Of a stretch of DNA of 64,000 nt, positions 11,831 to 24,025 are shown piece by piece. Location: contig NC_090412.1 of NCBI RefSeq assembly GCF_036365525.1, forward strand, positions 25,376,459 through 25,440,458. The letters run 5' to 3'. The position numbers and the translations under genes are program-made. Each line of letters starts with the position of its first letter. Position 1 is the first letter of the stretch. The notes under the pieces are model-generated. The model saw nothing but the letters and a program-made list of their open reading frames with translations, had not been told where the DNA came from and did no database searches. The stretch is from Heterodontus francisci (Eukaryota).

Positions 11831-12309
11831 TTTCAAAGTTCCAGCATCCACAGTATTTTGCTCTTATTCCTTCAGAATCTTGTATGTTTCAATGAGATCA
11901 CCTCTCCTTCTTCTAAACTGCAGAGAGTATAGACCCAATGTACTCAGCCTCTCCTCAAGACAACCCTCTCATCCCAGGAACTAATCGAGTGAACCTTTGA
12001 TGTACTGCCTCCACGGCAAGTATATCCTTCCTTACATATGGAGTATTCCAGGTGTGGTTTCACCAAAACCCTATACAATTGTGGCAAGACTTCTTTATTC
12101 TTGCACTCCAATCCCCTTGCAATAAAGGCCAACATGCCATTTGCGTTCCTAATTCCTTGCTGTACTTGCATGCTAACTTTCTGTGTTCCTTGTAGGAGTA
12201 CACCCAAGTCCCTCCAAAGATCAACATTTACAATTTTCATGCCTTTAAAAAAACAGTGTATTACAATATAAGAGGAGAGAGACAGTCATTGAAAATAGAG
12301 TATTATAAG

Positions 12310-14845
12310 AAAGATCGAGATGTAAAATTAGTTTGGGTGAAGATAAGAAATAGCAAAGGAAAGAAGTCACAGGTGGGAGTAGTTGAAAGGCCCCATAACA
12401 GTAGCTACACTGTAGGACAGAGTATAAATCAAGAATTAATGGGGGCCTGTAAGAAAGGTACTGCAATAATCATGGGTGATTTTAATCTTCATATAGATTG
12501 GAGTTATTGAATTGGCAAAGGTAGCCTGGAGGATGAGTTCATAGAGTGTACTAGGGATAGTTTCTTAGAACATTATGTTCTGGAACCAACCTGGGAGCAG
12601 ACTATTTTAGACCTAGTAATGTGTAATGCATTTGTGATCTTGTCCTGTCAGGATATATCAATAATGTGCTGCAGACAGTGAAAATGGAAATTATTGAGCT
12701 TCTTTTCCCAGTAGCTGTAAGTTGCCCATATTTCACAGCCATACAGCAAGGTGCTGAGAACATAGGCCTTATAAACCATCAGCTTGGCCTCAAGGGTCAG
12801 CTTGGTGTTATCCCATGCACGTTTCGCGAGTCAGCCAAAGGTGGTAGCTGCTTTCCCTATGCGTGTATTGAGCTCTGCATCAAAGGACAGATTGGCTGTC
12901 ACCGTGGACAGAGGAATTTGCTAGCCACTTCCAGTGGGGTGTTATTTAGTGTGTTCACGGGTGGAGATGCAACACCTTGTCCTGTGACCGCGGTATTCTT
13001 GGCGCTTATAGTTAAGGAGAACATGTTACAGGCACGGGAGAGACAGTCTATGAGACTTTGTGAGCTGCCAGCCAATAGCAGGGCAGCACAGCAGTATCGG
13101 CAGTGCCACCTGCAGTGGTAGCCACTGCTGGTACTGCGGAGGACTTGGACACAGGCCCAGTGCTAGAGAGCCAGACCTCAGGTAAGTGAGGCGGGGTCGC
13201 CGGGGCAGTCTGGAAGGCCCTGGCAGGGTGGGGGTGGTCTGGGGACTTGGAGTTTTTCTCAGTGGAGGTCCTCAGTGGGCCACAGATTGCCGCCCCCTCC
13301 ACCTCCTGTCGCAATTCTGTGGGGCCTCCTGCCTCTGACCCCACCTCAGGGGAGCCCATGAAATCCAGCCCAGTGGATGTATTGGTTGAAATCTTCTAAA
13401 ATCCCTAGATTTTGGAAAGGTCCCAGCAGATTGGAAAACCACAAATGTAACACCTCTATTCAAGAAAGGAGGGAGACAGAAAGCAGGAAACTATAGGTCA
13501 TTTTGCCTAACATCTGTCTTGGGGAAATGCTAGAATCCATTATTAAGGAAGTAGTAGTAGGACAATTAGAAAATCAGAATACAATCAAGCAGAGTTAATA
13601 TGGTTTTATGAAAAGGAAATCGTGTTTGATGAATTTATTAGAGTTCTTTGAGGATGTAACAATCAGGGTGGATAAAGGGGAACCAGTAGATGTAGTGTAT
13701 TTGCATTTCCATAAGGCATTCGATGAGATGCCACATAATAGATTACTGCACAAGGTAAGAGCTCATGGTTTTGGGGGTGATATATCAGCATGGATAGAGG
13801 ATTGGCTAACAAACAGGAAACAAAGAGTCGGGATAAATGGGACATTTTTAGGTTGGCAAACTGTAACTAGCAGGGTGCCACAGGGATCAGTGCTGGGCCC
13901 TCAACTATTTATGATCTATATTAATGACTTGGATGAAAGGACTGAGCATATTGTAGCCAAATTTGCAGATGTAACCAAGATAGATAGGAAAGCAAGTTGT
14001 GAGGACACAAAGTGCCTGCAATGAGATATAGATAGGTTAGGTGAATGGCAAAAATTTGGCAGATGGAGTAATAAGTGGGAAAATGTGAGGTTGCCCACTA
14101 TAATGGGAAGACAAACAGAATATTATTTACATGGAGAGAGACTGTAGAATGCTGCGGTACAGAGGGATCTGGATGTCCTTGTACATGAATCACAAAAGGT
14201 TGGCAGGCAGGTACAGCAAGTAATTAGGAAGGCAAAAGGAATGTTGGCATTTATTGCAAGGGGGATAGAGTATAAAAGTAGGGATGTCTTGCTATAACAG
14301 GGCGTTGATGAGACCACCCCTAGAGTACTGCGTACAGATTTGGTCTCCTTACTTAACGAGGGATTTACTTGCATTGGAAGCAGTTCAGGGAAGGTTCATT
14401 CAACTGATTCCTCGGATGAAGGGATTGTCTTACGAGGAAAGGTTGAGCAGGTTGGGCCTACACTCATTGGAGTTTAGAAGAATAAGGTGAGGGGGCTTGA
14501 CAGGGTTGATGCTGAGAGGATGTTTCTCCTCATGGGGGAATCTAGAAGTAGGGGACAGTTTCAAAATAAGGGGTTGCCCATTTAAGACAGAGATGAAGAG
14601 GAATTTCTTCTCTCAGAGGCTCATTAATCTTTGGAATTCTCTTCCCCAGAGAGCAGTGGAGGCTGGGTCATTGAATATATTCAAGGCTGAATTTTACAGA
14701 TGTTTGATTTCCAAGGGTGTCAAGGGTTATGCAGGAAAGTGGAGTGAAGGGCACAATCAGATCAGCCCCAAACTTATTAAATGGCGGAGCAGGCTCGAGG
14801 GGCCGAATGGCCTATTCCTGTTCCTATTTCTTATGAACTTATGAG
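12310..14845 (+). mobile_element. CR1 LINE relic (EN fragment + RT) with an internal insertion at about 12630-13385
   Basis: IIMGDFN (endonuclease), SCLMNLLEFFEDV, VPQGSVLGP, KFAD, LEYCVQ, CR1 3' tail. Confidence 0.85.
12630..12900 (-). mobile_element. RTE-clade LINE fragment
   Basis: Minus strand reads KAATTFG*LAKRAW...KLMVYKAYVLSTLLYGCEIW...KLNNFH, typical of the RTE post-RT region. Confidence 0.65.
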
Positions 14846-15276
14846 TCTGTCAGTGAAACAGTGTATTATAATATCTACAGGAGAGATACTGTCAGTGAAA
14901 CACAGTGTATTATAACATATACAGGCAAGATACTGACACTGAAAGACGGTGTTGTATAATACAAACAGGAGACAGACTGTCAGTGAAACACAGTTTCATC
15001 CAGTATAAACAGGAAAGAGTGTCAGTGAAAGAGTGTATTATAAAATATACAGCAGAGGTACTGTCAGTAAAAGACAGTGTTTTATAATGAAAACAGGAAA
15101 GAAACTGTCAGTGAAACACGGTTTCATATAATATATACGGGAGGGACACTGTCGGTGAAATGGTGTGTATTATATACGGGAGAGACTGTCAGTGAAACAT
15201 GGTGTAATATAATATATGCACTCAGTGAAACACAGTGAATTACAATATTTAGAGGAGAGAGACAGTCATTGAAAAT
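14845..15276. repeat. Degenerate 44-bp satellite units
   Basis: Repeats of gtcagtgaaacacagtgtattataat...caggagag. Confidence 0.85.
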
Positions 15277-16730
15277 GCCAGAGGACTGGACGACAGTGAA
15301 TGTGGTATCACTATTCAAGAAGGGTAGCAGGGATAAACCAGGTAATTAGAGGCCGGTGAGTCCAACATCAGCGGTAGGGAAACTAATGGAAAAAATTCTG
15401 AGGGACAGGATTAATCTCCACTTGGAGAGGCAGGGATTAATCAAGGATAGTCAGCGTGGCTTTGTCAGGGGGAGATCATGTCTAACATACTTGATTGAAT
15501 TTTTCGAGGAGGTGACTAGCTGTGTAGATGAGCATAAAGTAGTTAATGTAGTCTACATGGACTTCAGTAAGGCTTTTGATAAGGTCCCGCATAGGAGATT
15601 AATTAAGAAGGTAAGAGCCCATGGGATCCAGGGCATTTTTGGCAAATTGGATCCAAAATTGGCTTAGTGGCAGGAGGCAGAGGGTGATGGCCGAGGGTTG
15701 TTTTTGCAATTGGAAACCTGTGACAGTGGTGTACCACAGGGATCGGTGCTGGGACCCTTGCTGTTTGTAGTGTACATTAATGAGGTATGATCAGTAAGTT
15801 CACAGATGACATGAAAGTTGGTGGTGTTGTAAATAGTGAGGAGGAAAGCCGTAGATTACAGGACGATATAAATGGGCTGGTAAGATGGGCAGAACAGTGA
15901 CAAGTGGAATTTAATCCTGAGAAGTGTGAGGTGATGCATTTTGGGAGGACTAACAAGGCAAGGGAATATAGAATGGATGGTAGGACCCTAGGAAGTACAG
16001 AGGGTCAGAGGGACCTTGGTGTACTTGTCCATAGATCACTGAAGGCAGCAGCACAGGTAGATAAGGTGGTTAGGAAAGCATAAGGGATACTTGCCTTTAT
16101 TAGGCGAGGCATAGAATATAAGAGCAGGGAGGTTATGATGGAGCTGTATAAAACGTTAGTTATGCCACAGCTGGAGTACTGTGTACAGTTCTGGTCACCA
16201 CACTATAGGAAGGATGTGATTGCACTGGAGAGGGTACAGAGGAGATTCACCAGAATGTTGCCTGAGCTGGAGCATTTCAGCTATGAAGAGAGACTGGATA
16301 GGCTAGGGTTGTTTTCCTTAGAGCAGAGAAAGCTGAGGGGGAACCTGATTGAGGTATAAAAAATTATGAGGGGCATAGATAGGGTAGATAGGAAGAAACC
16401 TTTTCCCTTAGCGGAGATGTCAATAACCAGGGGGCATAGATTTAAGGGAAGGGGCAGAAGGTTTAGAGGGGATTTGAGGAAAAAAAATTTCACCCAGAGG
16501 GTGGTTGGAATCTGGAACACACTGCCTGAAGGGGTGGTAGAGGCAGGAACCCTCACCACACTTAAGAAGTATCTAGCTGAGCACTTGAAATGCCGTAGCA
16601 TACAAGGCTACGGGCCAAGTGCTGGAAAATGGGATTAGAATAGATAGGTGCTTGATGGCTAGTGTGGACACAATGGGCCGAGGGGCCTGTTTCTGAGCTG
16701 TATAACTCTATGATTCTATGACTATGACTC
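15277..16730 (+). mobile_element. CR1 LINE, 5'-truncated, inserted in the satellite
   Basis: RSCLTYLIEFFEEV, VYMDFSKAFDKVPH, LEYCVQFWSP, (ATGACT)n tail; short AAAAT duplication at the flanks. Confidence 0.9.
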
Positions 16731-16975
16731 TAAAATAGTGTATTATACTATATACAGTGAAAGGCTGTAAATGAAACAGATTGTATTATAATACATACAG
16801 AAAAGATACAGTTCGTATAACACTATTATAATAAATACAGTAAAGACTGTCTGTGAAACACAGTATTATAATATATGGAGAGAGTCATTGAAAATAGTGT
16901 ATTATGTACAGGAGAGAAACTCTCAGTGAAACAATGTATTATAGTATATACAGGAGGGACTATAGTGTATATACA
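16731..16975. repeat. Degenerate 44-bp satellite units
   Basis: Same unit motifs (gtgtattata...caggagag...gtgaaaca). Confidence 0.75.
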
Positions 16976-17147
16976 ATGGGAGTAATTTAACTTTGGCTGA
17001 TAGTGTAGCAGAGGCAATATTAATCTAGCCACCTGTTTTGCCTCTGTTTGCATTTTCATTTCCATTTAAGGTAATTGCAGCTGCACAGACTGATTCAGTG
17101 TATGTGAGGGACATGCATCATGGAATATATAATGCCCAATGTGAAAA

Positions 17148-17545
17148 GACAGGCTTATATTTATCTAGAGCCTTTCATGACCTCAGGATGTCTCAAATGT
17201 CAATGACGTATTTTCTGAAGTGTAGTCACTGTTGTAGTGTAGGGAATGTAGCAGCCAATATGCGCACAGCAAGCTCCCACAAACAATAACACAATAGTGA
17301 CTAGATAAGCTGTTTGATTGAGGGATAAATATTAAGAACTCCCCAGCCCTTGTTTGAAATCGGGCCGTGGGATCTTTTATGTTCAGTTTAGAAAGCAGGC
17401 ACGGCCTCTGTTTATTGTCTCATCCAAAAAGGTTGTACCTGTGATAGTGCTGCACTGCCTCGGCACTGCACTGAAGTGTCAACCTAGATTTATTTGGTCT
17501 CCAGTCTCTGGAGTGTGACTTGAATCCTGAACCTTGTGACTCAGT
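17148..17545 (-). mobile_element. Deu-domain tRNA-SINE (SacSINE1-like) with L2-type tail
   Basis: Reverse complement of the shared consensus (…aggctgacact…cagtgcagt…gagttct…tttatccctcaa…ttgctgtgcgca…gaaaggc…). Confidence 0.7.
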
Positions 17546-18584
17546 GGTGAGATTATTGCCTCTGAGTATTATACAACACCGTCTTTCACTGTCAGTATCG
17601 TTCCTGTATATATCACATTCCGAACAGGTTGGAAAGCATTGTAGAGTAATAGCACCTCTTGACAAATTGTGTAAGGAAATGCATCATGGAAGTTTTGGTT
17701 GTTACCCTGTGTATATAATTAAAAAGTACTGTGCCAACCAGGGAAACATTTGCAAATAGCAACTGTGAGGTGTGGTTGATGGAAAAAAAATCTAAAATAA
17801 AACCTCGTCTGAAACAGGTTAAGCATTAACTAATTCAGAACGCACAGCATTGTGTAAGAATTTATTTGTACTGCTGAGGGTGAGAAGAGGTTGTTTGTTG
17901 CAAATCTTTGAAGGTCATTCAGGCTGGGAGCAGACCGAGTGACTTGTTCAGGAACTAATCACTGCAGGCCTGGGACATTTTTTGGGCGGTCGTAGTCCAA
18001 AGAGAGCAAGTTGCATAAAACCACTGATGTAAGGAGAAAATAAGAATATATTTGTTATAAGGACTGAGATAGAGAATGAAAACGTACAGGAGAGCAGAGA
18101 GACAAATAAGTAACATAATTACACTGTGAGCAAATGCTGCATATCTGACAATAGACATAAAACAAGAAATTATCGTGTAAGTAAATAAAATGACGAGATT
18201 TTTGCGATGTAACAGCAAAGGAGATTACTTGCATACTAGGTTTTCTACTGTGGTAGCTATCCAGCATTACAAATTTTGGATGTCGCTGCTTAAAGCACAT
18301 CTTTTTGAACAAGCTTTTGGTCACCTGTATCTCCCTATGTGGCTTGGTTTCAAATTATGTCCACGCAGCTGTGAAGTGTCTTGTGATGTTTCACTAGGTT
18401 AAAGGTGCTTTATAAATGCAACTTGTTGTTGCAGTGTCAGAAATCAGGCCCTGGGCCTCAACTGCACCAAACAGGTGAGCTGTGGACACCAAACATCCAC
18501 CCCATACAGCTGGTCATCTACCCGATGCTCATTTCTCACCCGATAAATGGATATGACATGGTCAGATTCTTTACCTGTTATTGC

Positions 18585-18910
18585 AGTGTTGACTCAGTGA
18601 ATGGCTCTTGCCTTTGAGTCAGGAGGTCGTAGGTTCAAGTCCCACTTGGGAAACTTGCACACATCATCCAAGCTGTCATTGCAGTGCAGTAATATGAGAG
18701 TGCTGTTCTCCTGATATATTTTTCAATATTTGTTTCTCAATCAATGTCACTAAAACAGATTATCTGGTCAGTATCTAATCGTCGTTTGTGGGACCTTGCG
18801 GTGCACAAATTAGCTGCTGTGTTTGCCTATATTTGAAAACTAATTGGCTGTGAAGTGTGTTGGGAGGTCCTGAGGATGTGAAAGATGCTGCATAAATGCA
18901 GGCTCTTTCT
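18585..18910 (+). mobile_element. Deu-domain SINE, internally deleted
   Basis: Head gactcagtg...gagtcagga...ggttcaagtcccact; core aaaacagattatctggtc; tail ataaatgcaggctctttctt. Confidence 0.7.
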
Positions 18911-21044
18911 TACTTTAATTGGGTAGGGTTTTCAACTGTTGCACTCATCGGTCCCTGTGTTTGTACCCTTTAAAGTGAATGGTTGAAGAATTGGGAGCTG
19001 ACAAGCACAGAATTGTAAAACCTTGGCCAATATCTCAGTGATTCCAATATTTTCAGTAGGGGGTGTAATATTTGTACCTTGTGTCAGTCCTATAATACAC
19101 TGCGTGAGTAATGTTGCTGTATCATGATGAGCAAACTCGGATTGCAGTGGGAATGTAGTAAACATCAGAAACCTTTGGATGATTTTGGACTTTGGAGTGT
19201 ATAAACTGAAAGTGAATCAACAGATGTTTTACACTAAGGCGATTGTCTGTTCCATTTAACTAAATGGAAAAGAAAATGCAACAGAGTCTAAAGTGGGAAT
19301 GATGTGGTCCGGTTTCTCCCTCTTTGTGTCAGGGTTGGCTCTGTGGTAGCACTCTTACCACTGATAATGTGAGTTCTAGACCCACCGCAGGACTTCAACT
19401 TTAATCCAGGCTGACACTTCCAGTGCAGTATTGAGGGAGTGCTACACTGATGGAGGTGCTGACATTCAGATGAGACCAGAAAAACCAAGGCCCCGATTGC
19501 CCTCTCAGGTAGATAAACGATTTCTTGGTACTATCTGCTGATTCGCTCCTGTTTTGTGCTATCACTAAAGACTAATTTCATCCATATGCATAAGAAAAGT
19601 GAATGGAAAAGATACAAGGATTATAAAAGGCTCCTTCCTCAATCACAGCTGATATTTTATTAATAACCTTTCTGGAAGTCATCTGAAAATTTCACCACGA
19701 ACACAAGATCAACTGTGAAAGAAGAAACAGTTCTAGGAACCAATGCAGAAGACAAAAAAAGCAATTTTGATAAACTAGATTTACCATTACAATAATATCT
19801 AAAAGTTTCAGGAACTAATAGCTACCCTTACATACACTTTAGCAATCGAAACTTTACCCTTGAGCAAGTTCTGGAACCATACCAAACTAAAAAGCACCTA
19901 AATGAATAAGAGAGATGTTGAAAAGCTCGCTATGTAATACTGCTGGACCTTCCACTATATTGTTCACTGTGAGTTGGATGATAAGCTATTTTGTAATTTA
20001 TTTACAGCTCAGTATATTAATCTGTTGCTAAAGTCGGGCTGTGGTTAAATGGCCCACATTTCTAAGGCCAGAAACTCTTAGTTATGGACATAAAAACATG
20101 AGGTCATTCAGAGTCGAATTGCTGTTTGACCAGGGAATATTTCAGACTGGGACATACTTGTCAGTTTCAGGCTGTGACTCAGATGCAGGATGCATTTCCC
20201 AATGTTTTGCATTTGTAAGCAAGTGGGAATGCATGGAGTATGGTGCCTTCAAGTGCTTACTATCATTTTTATTACATTATGAGAAAAGTTGCTTTCCTTA
20301 CAGCAGGACTGTTTCCCCAGGATGGAAGTGTTAAAACAAGTAACACAGAGTACATAATTCTGCTGATAAGGTGGAGTATGTCACTTTAAGGCTAGAAAGT
20401 CTTATCTGTTGAATAAGCAGAGCCTCAAGCCAAAGTTTTATTTTGTTTGATTAGGGAACTTTGCAAATTGGAATGTGCTTGTCAATTTTAGGCTGCAGCA
20501 GAAAGTTTTTGCTTAGCATGGTATCTTTAATGTGACATTGTAGTGAGACACAGGCACGGACTTACGCAGGCACAGATAGAAATATCCAATCTCAGTACAC
20601 TAATAGTTAAACCTAACTGTACATAAAAGCTAAACTTGCAATACCATATAATAACTAAAGCACTTACCAAAAATATATAGAAAGAGTATTTTCTGGGAAA
20701 AAAAAACTCCTCCAGATTGCACAGGAATAAATCAGAAACACAAAAAGGGCTGAGGGATCAATTGTAACTGACAAATAATTAAAAGCAGGCACAAAATATA
20801 TTCAAATAAAAATTGGAGGAAAATAGCAGCAATTGTTTTGTGTTTTTATTATTTTTAAACTGTCAGAGAAATTTGCATTAAACAATGTGTGACACTGAAG
20901 TGTGACAGAGAGCTGCAGTTTGATGGACAGCAAATGCACCTATTTGTAGAGTTTTTATCATATTATGACAATTCTCCTTTGACACTGTTTGCAATAAGTT
21001 GGACAATGTGCTGTTTTATAAGGACAGGAAGGTTATAGGAAGTC

Positions 21045-21375
21045 TTTCACAATCTCAGGATTTTGCAAAGTGCTTTGCAGTCAATGAAGTACTTTTGATG
21101 TTGTAATGTAGGAAACACAGCAGCCAATTTGTGCACAGAGAGATCCCACAAACGGCAATGAGATCAATATCCACATAATCTGCTTTAGGCATTGGTTGTG
21201 AGATAAGTGTGGACCAATACACTGGAAGAACTCCCCTGTTCTTCTTTGAATAGTGCCACGGGATCTTTTACGCGCACCTGACAGAGCAGGTGGGCTGTCA
21301 GTTTAATATCTCTGCTGAAAGATGGTACCGCTGACAGTGCAGCACTCCTTCAGTACTGCTCTGCAGTGTCAACCT
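21045..21375 (-). mobile_element. Deu-domain SINE
   Basis: Reverse complement of the same SINE consensus. Confidence 0.65.
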
Positions 21376-22709
21376 ATAGCATAGGAAACACAATGGTTTT
21401 GGTTTCTTTGTCCTTTGAGCTCAGAAAACACAAGGGTAGAAATCAATCTTGGACGGTAGTGCAAAAGGCCCATTATATGGCGTGTAGACAATGGAACTGA
21501 ATATCAGGTGGGCGTATGATGGGTGGTTGGTGCAGTACCACACAAGATGAATTTCCCTATACGTCCCAGGTGCAAAGCATGAGAAAAAAAGAAGTGGAGT
21601 TGATGCGGGTTTAAGGTCCCCTTATTTTGCTCCAGCATTCCTGGTCCTTCCCCCAAAGAAGCACAGTATCTGCACCCAAACAAGATGCAAGCTGTGCCTG
21701 TCATGGAGAGAGGTGGGAGGGGGAGGGGTGGTTGAGGAAGATTTCTGATCTCCTGCCTCATTTTTCTCCTACAACACAGGCATTTGGAGGGGGAGGGCAG
21801 CAGCACAGACCTGAGGACCGACGGTCGCACTTGTTTTTCTTCCAGGGACAGCTGTCGTTTCTCATGGCAATCGGAAGACTCTGAGCCAATGGCTGATCAT
21901 GCTGCTGCACACATTTCAGTCTTGTAGCAGCAACTGATTTTCCTCCTTTTGCTTCCAGGCGCTAGGCCCCAGGAGGGGTCTAGGCCTGCAGAGGCACATC
22001 AGGCTTGCACACATCACCTGAACCAGATATACAGGCAGGTTCAGGTCATTGCAAGCAGAGTATACTTCATATGCACAGGTAGGTGGGCACAGGAAAAGGA
22101 TGGCCCCTTGTTTTTGGTCAATATTTGGCAACCAGAGGACAAAAAAAAATGATGATGGACCAAAACAGTTTTAAAAGGTGTTTTGAACGACTTGATTGGT
22201 TGATGGATTTGCTTTCTCCTTGCTAACACATTTGCATTTGACCGAATTGCAATTAAGAAATTAGAATGAAAATTAACAAATTTGCACAGCAGACAATGAG
22301 CTGGAGATAATTTGCATTGAACTTGAATAAATTACCTGGATGTATTTGAATATCAGCCAATTTGCAATGCAAGAATTTAAATCATTTGAAAAAGATACAT
22401 TGCTATATGTGATATTTTACAAGGAAATGGGACAGAAGAATGATAATGAAATTGCATCTGATTCATAGTGATATTTCATTATAATTAAAAAATTGCTAGA
22501 GATGGTACCAGTCCTGTAGTTTTGCTGTTGCTGATCAGTTATATGCTGCTATGGAATGTGTTGGTTTGTGGTTCTGGATAATGAGGGCACTGCCAGGGGT
22601 ACTTGTGATTAGGTGGTAGTAAAGAGTGTGGAATGCAGAAATTTGGTTTACTAGGTTCTGACAATAGTGGCACAGGCTCAAAAGACTGGCAGCAGTGAAA
22701 AGAGTCTAG

Positions 22710-23507
22710 GGGTTGGCTTTTTAAGAGCCCGCCACCGATCTCGGCGGTGAGCTCAAAAAAATCGCCAAACAGCTGCCGCAATCTCAAGCGCGACGGCTCA
22801 TTTAAATAGCCGGGGCGGCCCATCCCCCCCCCCCCCCATCAATCTTGTGGATGGGGTGGGCTGTCTATTCTGGAAATGGGGTCAGCTGCCTGTGTGCAGG
22901 CGCTGGCGACATTTTGAAAGGGCAGTCAGCCCTGCCGCCCAATTAAAATTTTTTAAGTCCTACCCCCAAAATTAAATAAATAAATTTCGAACGCCACTTT
23001 CCTACCCCCTCAATAACAATTACAGTAACTATTTGCCCTTCCCCCCCCTCAAAACACATACCTTTTAAATCTGACCTTTACCCCCACAAACTGCACAAAG
23101 TTTAAGGTTCAACCCCACCATCCCCTAAACCCATTACGTATATTTGACCCCGTTCTCCACCACCCCCCTCCCCCCCAGACTGACAAACCTACCTCTTCCC
23201 CCCCCACCCACCAGTGTGGTGCCGTGTTTCCCCAGACGGGGATCTGAAGGCGCAGGAGTGCGGGCTGCTGCGCCAAAAATCACGGCGGGCCCTCAAGATT
23301 GCAGATAAGTATGTAAAGTTATTAAATTTATTCATTTGAATATTTAAATAGTGGTCCCGTCGCCCAGTGGTAGAGCTTCACCACCGCCAGGAGGATTGGG
23401 CCGGGCCCTTATAGCATCGAGGTCCGTGGCAGGGTGGGGGCCTGAAGATGACTCCAGATGAGGCCCTCCACGGAACCTGATGCCTTGGGGAGAATAAAAT
23501 CCAGCCC
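22710..23507. mobile_element. PIF/Harbinger-like MITE
   Basis: TIRs GGGTTGGCTTTT / AAAATCCAGCCC with 3-bp TSD TAG; GC-rich subterminal regions. Confidence 0.65.
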
Positions 23508-24025
23508 TAGGATTTTGTTGGGACTTGGAGGAGGTAGACTCCCAGGGGTTGAGCTTCACACCCTTTACATGGCCATGAATTTTTTTTGGGGCCTTGGTGA
23601 CGCTGGAGTGCGCTTCCAGGTCTCACATAAGTAATCTAGGCCATTGTCACTGTGGGGCCCCCACCCTCCACGATTGAATGACCCCCTCTCCCCCCTTCCT
23701 GGCGGTAGCTCTGGCCTGTTTTCTTCAATCTGACGAGCTCTACCAGGATGCCTTTTTGAGGCCTGTCTGTAAGAGAGGCCAGGGTCTCAAAATCATGGGG
23801 TGGGGTGGGGGGCTACTTCACCACCTTAATGGGTGACCGCCAGCACAAACCACTAGCTGATCCTACCAAAGTCAAAATATCTGAAGGCATTGAGGGGGAG
23901 ATACCACAGAATTAATCTGCACTGGTAGCAGAGGGTCCCAGGAAATGGCAGCACTGGGGAGGTTGCCAAGATTTGGAGCAGGGTCTTGGTGTAAGTTAGA
24001 ATTAAGAGATCCCTAGGGTATAAAA

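Larger units (their letters stand above)
8951..11870 (+). mobile_element. Penelope-like element (RT + GIY-YIG endonuclease), 5'-truncated and degenerate
   Basis: KPVDKNSAVVVW, TMNVESLYTSIP, VAMGT, WYIDNC (RT); FTCTSFNLVYCICC...IG..KRRLGDRF...PVACHFN...EQHLIFRLGTLQPSGL (GIY-YIG); approximate TSD TTCAGGATCTT / TTCAGAATCTT (8940-8950, 11871-11881). Confidence 0.88.
3305..12245 (-). mobile_element. Antisense CR1 3' fragment split into three pieces (3305-3458, 8739-8950, 11871-12245) by LTR and Penelope insertions
   Basis: CR1 sequence reads continuously across both insertions; minus-strand RDLGVLL...MLAFIARGLE...PHLEY. Confidence 0.8.

Noticed and set aside
19540-20030. Possible decayed coding sequence
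   Set aside because: All three plus-strand frames contain stops and no recognisable motif.
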